DNA of 64,000 nt from Schmidtea polychroa (Eukaryota): the NCBI GenBank assembly GCA_044892525.1, contig CM097887.1:52142001-52206000 (forward strand), given 5' to 3'. The translations under genes and the position numbers were made by a program. The notes under the pieces were generated by a model. The model made no database searches, was not told the origin of the DNA, and worked only from the letters and a program-made list of their open reading frames with translations. Positions 12,514-22,809 of this stretch are shown piece by piece. The number at the start of each line of letters is the position of its first letter. Within the stretch, counting starts at the first letter, position 1.

Positions 12514-12604
12514 ATTCACCCGCTAATAGAGCAACTTAAACACTGAGTAAACAAAAACACACTGTTTGCGGAAGTTTCACATCCCATAAAAAACTATACA
12601 CTTA

Positions 12605-12790
12605 TCCCAACTCACTCTGGAAAGCCTTAAATTCTATATTTTAAATTTAAATTCTCTTCCTGACCAGCCTGATACATCTTTTCTTGCTAACGTATTCCGT
12701 GAATTCTTCACTGACAAGATTGATCGGATTCGTGCCAAATTTACTTTTCCGGCCTCTCCTGGACCATATAAAATTCCAACTACTCCTCGG
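12605..12790 (+). mobile_element. LINE (L2/CR1-group) ORF2 fragment, endonuclease-RT linker
   Basis: PNSLWKALNSI...LPDQPDTSFLANVFREFFTDKIDRIR matches the LW..LN / LAN.F..FF..KI..IR pattern. Confidence 0.65.
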
Positions 12791-14103
12791 CCAAAACAAA
12801 TCCATAGTACTATATGCATGTGTAATAGCAAACGTATAGAACCTATTTTAAACAGTTCAAATCGTTTGTAGACAGAGCTAGGTAGGCATTCTTTCTGCAC
12901 TTACCAGTTGACGCTTAAAAAGTCTCGGATGACTTCATAATAGCAACGTCACAGTACAATATTGGTGTCGTTTTGAAGTCAACATACATACAATAAATGT
13001 CACTCTATGTCACAAATCCTAGACCCTCCTAAAAGTATGTCACAAATTTCTCAACCTCCCTCCCAGAAATTAAGACATTATTTACATGTCTATAAATCAT
13101 ATATGCAAGAAATTTGTATTANNNNNNNNNNNNNNNNNNNNNNNNNNNNNNNNNNNNNNNNNNNNNNNNNNNNNNNNNNNNNNNNNNNNNNNNNNNNNNN
13201 NNNNNNNNNNNNNNNNNNNNNNNNNNNNNNNNNNNNNNNNNNNNNNNNNNTCTAAAGCTATGTGTCATTTGATGGTACTTGAATAAATCTGAATTAATGC
13301 ATAAGTATTGGTAAGTAAATTCAATTTCCATACGGAAACGTACTGACGTACGGAAATCCAATTTTTAATTTTTTATATATGTGCGTATTTAATAATAATC
13401 TATTAATAATATCTACTATAGAGATTTTGTATTCAAACGCTGACCAGTCTAATCAGTAACATGTAATTCTGTAACAGGTGATCTAGACCCCTGTCTAATT
13501 GGTTTAGGAAATTTGGTAGCATCGGCAGCCATTCCTCTAACACAAACTACTTCAATTTCCCCAGGAACTGGTAACTGATTGTAAAACATCGTTGTAGTAA
13601 ATAGTTACTGATGCAGAATTCAACAAATGCTGTTTGTGACATCGCTAGTATTCACAAGTTCCATAAAAACACTGAATGTACTATCATTCTACAACCTCTA
13701 TCACTTTCGACAATTTCTATATTGAACGCAAAATTTGAGTTAATATAAATATAAAGATATTACAAAATAAATCAATAATAATAACTAAAAATTGTGTAGT
13801 TTATAATCCCAAAAGGGAGACTTTCAGCTTATTGGTTTCATTAATTTTAATTTCAAATTGCTTTGTTGATATTGTATTTACTTGAAGTTGTTTGGCTTTA
13901 TTAATAATTCTTCTTACCGAAATGCCCTGGAATCTATTAAAACATAAACAAAAGATCCATAGATCGATGATTTTTTTTAAATAAAATTACAAATTTTTGC
14001 GATATTTATTAAATAAAATAATCCTTGGAATACTTACAATTGGTGCTACGTATTCATAATCTGTATAGAAACCTTTTAAACTTTACTTTTAATAACAATT
14101 TCT

Positions 14104-14345
14104 ATTGTATTTATTAAAAACTGGACTATGAATCAGTAAATATATCGATGTTTTTGATATTCACGAATTTTCGGCACTGCCTTCTCAAGTGAATTTTCAA
14201 GTGAACAATCAAATATATTTGAAAAAAACAGTGCCGATATATTTACATCGATATATTTACTGATACATAATCATGATTTTTAATAAATACAATGTCAATG
14301 AAAACGAAATCAGTGGTGAAATTTGAAAAAAAATTATAAAACAAT
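14104..14345. mobile_element. Foldback/MITE-like element with long inverted arms
   Basis: Arm 14104-14179 (attgtatttattaaaaa...tcggcactg) is inverted at 14229-14293; a related copy lies at 56677-56812. Confidence 0.7.
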
Positions 14346-14747
14346 TTTTATAATGTTGATTTGTAGTATGAATTTAATTTAACTAAATATTTTTAAATTA
14401 TCAAAATCGCACTTTTTAATAACCGAAAATATTTTATATTACAGGGATATTTTTTTACAAATCTAAAATTATTATTATCGTTTAAATATTTAATCGTATT
14501 TTATGAATAAATAATATTACAAAATTAACTAAGCACATTTTTTAAAATTTTAATTTTAATTAAACTTTACTGTTAATTTCTACTTAATTAAATTTTTGTG
14601 ATTTTTACTTGGTTGTAAGTACATGTAATATAATTAGTAATAGAATATTAAATATTCCACTTCGGCAAGCATTATGTTTGAATGTGCTTGTAAAATTTAA
14701 TTTTAATACTTTTTTTTATAGATCTTATAAGAATTTTCACATTAAAT

Positions 14748-15181
14748 ATGATGAATAAAGATAATTTAATTGAAGGTATTGGTGATGAAGTTCTTATTGT
14801 AATTTCGTTACTTCTGATTACCTTCATCGTATTTTTGATATGGCTATCCAAAGATTTAAATTGTTTGCCTGGATATTTTCGCAGAGTTCTTAATTCATCA
14901 CCTAGAGATGATAGCACCGTTGAATTAGATGGTCCTAATAATGATCTCGTTGAAGAGAACATAGAATCAGAAAATGACGAAAATATAACTAATGTTAAAG
15001 AAAATGAGATAAATAAAATTATCACGCAAAATGACGAATTTGCAGGAGATAATCAAAATAATTCAGTTAATGCCACTGAAACATGCCCAGAAGGATTTAT
15101 TTCTATTAAATTAAAGTATCTCGATGACCGAACGTATATCGTGTTTGCTGATCCTCAATCTACAGTGCTCGATTTTAAAAG
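14748..15181 (+). CDS. TMUB1: Transmembrane and ubiquitin-like domain-containing protein (TMUB1/2 homologue), exon 1
   Basis: N-terminal LIEGIGDEVLIV + TM helix matches TMUB LIEGVGDEV. The UBL starts ISIKLKYLDD...TVLDFKR. Phase-2 donor AG|gttaat. Model join(14748..15181,22312..22495,26400..26639) = 858 nt, 285 aa, all phases compatible. Confidence 0.92.
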
Positions 15182-15382
15182 GTTAATTATGTTAAAAATA
15201 TTTCCATTTCTGTGTGTAAATTATAACTATTTTAATTGTAAAAAAATATTTTAAATAGACTAATTTATATTATTGACACATTTAATCATTGTAAAATACT
15301 GACGAAATATTTTGTTTTTAATATTGATTATAAAAAAAATTACTGTCTAGTGTTACCCGGGGTATGAAACTGTTGGTCACGT

Positions 15383-15923
15383 CAGTGGCGTAGCTTGAAA
15401 TTTTGGGCCCCTATGAAATGAGTCATAGATGGGCTCCCCTATACTGCATACACAAGTGAAATAGGTGCGGAGCACTATAGCGCCACAGGGAGAAAAAATT
15501 TTGGCCCCCTTTGGAAGCACAATTGAATTAGACCAGGGTTTCCCAAACTTTTCCTGTGACGGAACACTTCGTAACTCGAAATTTTGATGGAACACCTTGT
15601 TTATTTTGTACGGTATGAGACCAGTGGCGTGGGCCTACCCAAGATTTTTTTTTAAGGAGGAGGGAGAGTGTTAATTGAAAGAAGGGCTTATAGTTACAGA
15701 GGAGTTTTGCGCCACAGACAAAACATTTTTTGGGTCCTCTTTGGAAAGTCGATTTAATTAAATAATTAGAGCTCAATTTGGAGGTCCCTGTTGACTGGTG
15801 TCGACCGTGCTGTTGTTTGACATTGTTTACTGAAGAAAATTAAGGAAACTTGGAAAAAAGGCCCCCCTGTCTTGTGGGCCCCTATGCATTGCTTACTCTT
15901 GCTATATAGTAGCTACGCCACTG
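15383..15923. mobile_element. Composite hAT MITE in TMUB intron 1 (partial second copy at about 16030-16186)
   Basis: TIRs cagtggcgtagct / agctacgccactg; internal Charlie-type end cagggtttcccaaac; an inverted, longer copy lies at 34876-35670. Confidence 0.82.
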
Positions 15924-16722
15924 GTGTAATTGTTATTTAATTTAGATAAATACAAAATTTGACATATTAAAATCAGTATAATTACTGGAATTGATATATT
16001 AGTTCTGATGCTGCGGGAAAATTTTATTTTTTACATAAATTTTACATAAAACCACAAATCGATGATTTGGAGGTCCCTGTTGACTGGTTCCGACCGTGCC
16101 GTTGTTTGACATTGTTTACTGAAGAAAATTAAGGAAACTTGGAAAAAAGGCCCCCTGTCTTGTGGGCCCCTATGAATTGCTTACTGGGTCACGCCTGGGT
16201 CACGTCTGACCTATTTGTTTTACTTTTGGGGTTTTGATCTGTAAGGGATCCACTACCTCGGGTGACATAGTCATAACATTGATGTCATCAATTTGACTAG
16301 ATGGCGTGGTAATAGTATCGGGGTTGACAACTCTATACTGAATATTTCTCATAGGCATAGTATTGGATATTAGCAATGCAAATTCTGGTAGCGTTTGTTC
16401 AGCATATTAAATATGCATTTGATATTAATTGAAAATCGCTGGTTTAAATGAACTAAACAATTGCGTCACAGAAATTTCCTGTGTAAGTTCTTTATGTACA
16501 CATTCTGTTTAAATTATTCCTCTGAAGCGCACCCCCATCCAATTTAAAACTCTACTACATCAGTGTGTGCGTAATACATAAATAGCCACTCAACTGTATT
16601 TTCTGAAGTAGAATCATGATAAAAATTGAGATATTTAATGATCCATTTGGTATGTGATAAAATTTCATTAACAATAAAATTTGGTAATTGTTTTAATTGT
16701 TAAAAAGTACCCAGGTAGTACC

Positions 16723-17100
16723 CAGGCCCGGTTCTTCCGTTTAGCAAACTAGGCAACTGTCTAGGGCCGCCAAATTTGCAAAATAATTTAAATAAGCATC
16801 TAAAAACTATTTTCTGAAATTAAAAAAAGTAATGTAAAAAAGTCGTTTTATAAATATTTTTAATTATTTTTCAGCTTATTCGAAATATAATTTTTAGAAA
16901 ATTTTGATAAACTAAGTAAAATATTGATGCAAAAATATTATTTTATGTGTAATGTCGATACTTGTATAAAAAACTCGAAAAAAAACTGAAATAAGTTTTC
17001 CTCCAAGTCATTGTCATGGTGACATTGATATGTCATAAATGGGTAGAGCAGCCAACATGTAGCTATGTCGAGGGCCGCCAAATTACTGGAACCGGGTCTA
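16723..17100. mobile_element. hAT MITE
   Basis: TIRs caggcccggttc / gaaccgggtcta; flanks gtagtacc / gttgtact (6/8 TSD match); internal agggccgccaaat repeats at both ends. Confidence 0.72.
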
Positions 17101-17802
17101 GTTGTACTTTTGCATTTAATAGTGTCAATATTCCATTTAACACATTTCCGCAAATGACGGTTTTAATCGCCCTATATTAATATCGTTATTATACGTGGTA
17201 AAATGCAGTTCTGTGCAATCTATAGTAATATTCCAAACAAAAAAGATTTCATATAGAGTGTCTACCTCTCTGATTTCGTATGGTGATCTCCGTTTTTTCA
17301 ACACATCTCCGGTCGGGTCAAGCTATTTATCCGGTTTTTTTATAATAGTTCATTAAAAGTGTCTTAAAATATTGTAAATCAGAAATTTGAAATTGTACAT
17401 TCATTTAGGTCCGTTGGATATTTAACGAGAATAATTTTTGTTTATTTTGACCCTTTTGCAAGAATTCAGGACTAAAAATATGCGTTTAAATTTAATAAAT
17501 AATTTTTTTATTTTAACAAATTCTTTATCCAATTATAATCTTGAATTAAATGAGAAAATTAATGAAAATAAATTATCCTCTTTTTTACAAATTCTCCGGG
17601 TTTCTATGAAAGACTCCCTGGGTGATTGTAAAATTAATGTAGTCACCCTAATTTTATGTTTGTAAGCAACATGTATCTACTGATTATGATTTAATATGTT
17701 CCAAATATGCTTTCAATAATAAAAGCTTGCGCCAACGTCCAATAATATTCATTTATCAATTGAGTGTTTTCCATATAATTTATTTCTAGTTGAAATTAAT
17801 TA

Positions 17803-18700
17803 TTAGGTTGTCCCATAAGTCTCTTTCGTAAATACGCACAAAGAAATTTTCATGCATGAACCTGTATGAACTTGTAATGTTCTAAGTTCAATGTTATATC
17901 ATTGCATTCAGTCAGCCTTTAGCTATCAAATAGTGTAAATCAAATAAATAATAGTTAAGCCCTTTTTTATTATTGAACGATGGAAAATCAAAGAAAACAT
18001 TTAAGACATGTGATGCTGCATTGTTTTAAAAACGGTTTTAGTGCTAGTGATACAGTAAATGAGATTTTCATGGTTTATGGGAATGACGTTACAAGTGTTC
18101 AAACAGTTCGCAGTTGGTTTAGGATGTTCAGAGCCGGTAATTTTAATCTAGAAGACGAAGAACGTTGCGGCCGCCCATCCACTACGAACACGGATCTAAT
18201 CATAGTCATGGTTGAAGAAAATCCGCGATATACTGTTCGCGAAATAGCTAACAAGTTAGAAATTCCACGAACATCCGTCCATAATCATCTGACAAAATTG
18301 GGCTAAATCAATCGTTCAGATGTGTGACTTCCTCATGAACTGACTGACTCAAATAAACTTCAGCGTATTTCAACATGCGATCTTCTTCTCCAACGACATA
18401 ATAGCCAACCTTTTTTGAAGGGACTTGTCACTGGGGATGAAAGTTGGACACTCTATGAGAATATCCAACGTAAACGGTCTTGGACCAAGGGTACAGAAGC
18501 TTTAACTGGAGCTAAACCTGGCCTACATCCAAAAAAGGTTTTGCTATGCATTTGGTGAAATTGGAAGGGGGTAGTTTATTATGAGTGAAATAATCAATTC
18601 AACGAAATACTGTTGCTAATTAGACAATCTAAAGGATGCAATTGCCAGAAAACGTCCAGAATTAGCGAACAGACGAGGCGTTGTTTTTCATCACGATAAC
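17803..18700 (+). mobile_element. Mariner transposon (mellifera-like), 3'-truncated pseudogene
   Basis: TA + TIR ttaggttgtcccataagt. Transposase from 17980: MENQRKHLRHVMLHCF...GRP...; later LPHEL, VTGDESW, HPKKVLL and VFHHDN. In-frame stops; no right TIR seen. Confidence 0.9.
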
Positions 18701-19009
18701 GAAAAAAATTGTTAATGTTCTCGTTTGACCATTTACACTTTCATTTTCTATTATAATTCAACTTAATTAATAAATAAATCACTTATAAAAATAAAGGAAA
18801 AATGTCGGAAATTCCATAAAAATTAAACGACGACATAAAATCAGAATTGGAATATAAAGAAAAGTTTTTCATAAGTCATCTACATTGATATACGACCTAC
18901 AAGAAGCTTCAGGTTATTCAAATGGAATCATTGCGAAAATGTCTATAATAAAAACAATTAGGTGCAAATTTCATATTAATAGATGAGAAACCATATATAA
19001 TAAATTTTA

Positions 19010-19250
19010 AGTAATAAAATTCAGTTTTTTTGAAAATAATATAATTTTAATTATGATTTAAAAAAAATGAAATGTTTTTATTAAATAAAAAAAAAATTTT
19101 ATAATTAATAAATTTTTTTTAAATCCTTAATTTATATAGTTATTATATCCCGCCTGACGATGACAGGAAAACTGTCGAAATATATCGTGAAAAGAATGTT
19201 TGATTGGCGTTATTTTATAATTAAAACATTGCCATGTATGTTTAACTATT
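19010..19250 (+). mobile_element. Isolated Penelope-like pseudo-LTR fragment
   Basis: Similar to about 21890-22100 (atagttattatatc...gtcgaaatatatc...gaatgtttga...ttgccatgtatgttt); carries the hammerhead motif. Confidence 0.72.
19149..19191 (+). ncRNA. Minimal type I hammerhead ribozyme motif of the Penelope-associated kind
   Basis: CTGACGA(19154-60), T, GACAG-gaaaa-CTGTC (5-bp stem II), GAAA(19177-80), palindromic ATATAT stem III, then C(19186) as cleavage site. Stem I is only about 3 bp. Activity untested. Confidence 0.72.
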
Positions 19251-19929
19251 TATTCAAAAATTCAGTTTGTTTAAATTATTTTAGTTAACAAGATTTAAAA
19301 TTTTTCAAATTTCCTTCATATTACCTTATTTTAATTAAGTGGAAAAAATAATTATTATAATTTTGATATTAGATTAATTAATCTAAATTCAAAACTAATT
19401 AATTAATATATATAAATATACAATTCATTGTCGAATAAAATTTAATAAATTAAAATTAAATAATTAATTAATCTTAAAGCAAAGAATTAATTTAAAAGCA
19501 AAACTAATTAATGAAAATTTAAATTAATTAATTAATACTTAAATGCAAATTAAATAATTAATAGAATATTTAAATAAAATAATTGTTTGTTGATATTTAA
19601 TATATAATAAATAAAATTTAAATAATTAGTGGGGAAAATGTACTTATCTTTAAAAAATAATTTTGAACGTTACACATTAAAAAATTTTGAATTAAATTAG
19701 ATTTTTTGATTATGAAATTGATCTTTACAATGACTAAATCACATTTTTAAAGATCATATTTATAAATGGGAAATTTTACACCCATATAAAAGCTCGCAAA
19801 AATAAACGTAGATTAGGAAAATGTTAAGACAAATTTATCAAAAAGTAGTCATCGAAAAGCAGCATATATTATTGGGAAGTCTATATCTAAATTGAGACGT
19901 TATTTGTGACACTTTGTAGATAATTCATT

Positions 19930-20400
19930 AACGCTGATGTTCCGTAGGTTGGGAGTAAAACATGTAGGTGTCGAATAAGTTGAACATATTTTGACTTAGA
20001 CGACTCCAATCGTAAACTTTGGATCCTAGATATGATCATATCCTTCCAAAAATGATCGACCAGCTTGTAGATGAGCGAATGGTGACAGTCAAACGTTTAC
20101 TGAAATGCCCGATGCCAAGCTTCAGCTGAATTATTGATACGGGGCAGATTGTCGTTCACACAATCGCGCATGTTCTAAAGATCAAGCACAAACCTCGAAT
20201 TTGTCTAAATGTGTTAGAGTTTTCTTCCTGCCTACATGTCTTTCCTATAATCTGTAATGGGGTCAGTTCTGGAAGACAGTTATCGACGAAATCATAAAAA
20301 CCTTTAGGCACTTCATCTTCTGAAATGTTTCCATATTTAAGTTGCGCGATTTTGTCGGGTCGCCAAAATGAAATTGCTTGCAATTAGTTAGTTGAACTTA
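19930..20400 (-). mobile_element. MULE transposase C-terminal fragment
   Basis: AISFWRPD...NDNLPRINNSAEAWHRAF...IYKLVDHF, the RTNNxxEAWH motif. Confidence 0.72.
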
Positions 20401-20674
20401 CTTTGAACAAGTTCACTGCTTGAATTTTTATACGACAAGTTAATTGGATCATTTTACAATAGCGTTTAATCTATCGCGTCAAGTAATGTAGTTTACGCTT
20501 TTTTCAAATCTAAGCCAGGCCACCAGAAAATTTAATATTTTTAAAATCTATTGATTCATAAAGACAAAACATGTTATTTTAAAGTCACTTATAATATTTT
20601 TCAAAAATCATTTCTATTTTTTAAATATCGGTTAATAACATGTCTATTAATTAATGTTATTATTGCTTTTATTA

Positions 20675-22070
20675 TTAAAGAAAGTGCCACTGAAACATTC
20701 GTTTTACGATATATTTTTACAGTTTTCCTTTGATCATCAGATAAATATAATAACTATAGAAATTATAGATTTTTGAACAATTTTATTAATTATATCAAAT
20801 TTTTAATAAAAATATTTTATTCTTTAAAAATTAAAATTCAAATAATAAATTATTTTTCAAATTATAGCAATTAGAAATAAAATTTTAAAATATTGAAATT
20901 CAAAATTACCCAATTTAATAATTTAATTTAACAACAACAATCGATACATACAATATACAGAAAACTATTTAAAAACGTTTAAAACACAAGTATTCGCTGC
21001 ATTCTGCACATTGATTTTCGGATTCAATGACTATTAATAACGCTTCACAAATTACACTTTCCCAATAAATATTGAGATTTTTTAATAAAATTTTAAAATC
21101 AGACATGCCTATTTTACTCTTACAGTCCTTATTGTGCTGACTAATATTGGTCAATGACTTCGGTCTATAATGCTCTCGAGTTCCAATACAGAGATGTCGG
21201 AAGCCTCTCCAATGTATTGGCATTACACCTATTACATGTAAACTGATAAACGAGATCAGAACACAATCTAACCGGAGTTTTATACTTATTAATAAACATA
21301 TTGCGTACTTTACATGAATTTGACACAATATTATTGTTTAAATTCCCTAACTGCTTGCTTATCTTTCTCTTATAATCTGTTAAAACTGAATACAACAATA
21401 CCAACACAAATTTAGACTCATTGTCCTTAAACTCACTATTTAATTTATTTAACTCATCAAACTCACCCACACCAACAGAATCACCCAGATTTTCTGAAAC
21501 ATGGATTCTTAGGATTTTTCATAAATTTTACAACAGTCTCTTTTAGCATAATTAATAAAAGGGATTTTGAATAACAATTCTTCATTAACAATGACCAATA
21601 ATTGTGAGCACAAAAGGGGCAGTAAAATTAAAATAGACGTGTCTGATTTTAAAATTTTATTAAAAATTTTCAATAATTATTGGGAAAGTGCAATTTGTGA
21701 AGTGTTCTGGATAAAGTCATTGAATCCGAAAATTAATGTGCAGAATGCAGTGAATAATTGTGTTATAAATGTTTTTAAATAGTTTTCTGTATATTGTATG
21801 TATCGATTGTTGTTGTTAAATTAAATAATTATTAAATTATTAATTAATTTTGAATTTTAATATTTTAAAATTTTATTTCTAATTGCTATAATTTGAAAAA
21901 TAATTTATTATCTGAATTATAATTTTTAAAGAATAAAATATTTTTATTAAAAATTTGATAATTTCTATAATTTATAATTTCTATAGTTATTATATCTTAC
22001 CTGATAATGAGAGGAAAAGTGTCGAAATATATCAAAAAACGAATGTTTGAATGGCGCTTTCTTATAATTA
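20675..22070 (-). mobile_element. 5'-truncated Penelope-like retroelement with inverted pseudo-LTR
   Basis: GIY-YIG region LVYQFTCNRCNA...RHLCIGTREH...DFKILL...ESVICEAL on minus. Arms at about 20675-21157 and 21587-22070 are inverted copies. Each holds a decayed hammerhead (20740-20700 minus; 22001-22033 plus). Confidence 0.85.
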
Positions 22071-22311
22071 AATCGTTGCCATGTATGTTTGACTATTTAT
22101 TGTTATGTTTATAATTATTAATTTTTGACATTTTTGTATTGTGATAATAAATTTTTAATGGATTTTACACATAATTAAGTAAAATTAATAGATCTATTAA
22201 AATTCTCGATAAGCCCATCTCTTGTGTAATTATATCCGTGAACAAATAATACAAGATGATAATGTGTTTTAATTAAATATTCAATGTGATTATATAGAAC
22301 AATTCTTATAG

Positions 22312-22495
22312 AAATAATTTCCAAGAAGAACTCAATAGTAATAAAACGATTCGCTTGATATATAATGGACGAGAATTGAAAGAATTGAATGGCGAAGCAA
22401 CGTTAGCAGGATATGGATTGATTCACAATTCTACCATTCATTGTCTCGTCACTGTAAGGCGTGAAAGTCCAAATGGTTCTTCTACAACGAGTGAA
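22312..22495 (+). CDS. TMUB1: TMUB1/2 homologue, exon 2 (second half of ubiquitin-like domain)
   Basis: Acceptor ttcttatag|A; RLIYNGREL...TLAGYGLIHNSTIHCLV matches the TMUB UBL; phase-0 donor GAA|gtaagt. Confidence 0.92.
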
Positions 22496-22775
22496 GTAAG
22501 TATTCAAATAAAAATGTTTCCCAAACTTTGCTTCATTAAATTCATATTAATAAGGGATGTCCTGGTTCCATTGATGAACTTCCTTAATTAAATTGTTTAG
22601 CTCAAAAAAGTCTCCATTATAATTACAAAATCATTAAAATTTTGATCCAGATTCGATAATAATTTATCCAGTAAAATAATAAGGTTTAAATAAATGAAAA
22701 ATGAATAATTCAATTGCATCAAAATGCATTATTAAAATTAATTAATTATGTATTGATTGATTGATTGATTATTAT

Positions 22776-22809
<34 letters not shown>

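Noticed and set aside
14672-15025. 117-aa minus-strand ORF (likewise 616-828, 2175-2504, 3869-4659, 49596-50179, 51392-51574)
   Set aside because: Antisense or off-frame shadows of TMUB exon 1, Gypsy pol or the hAT transposase.
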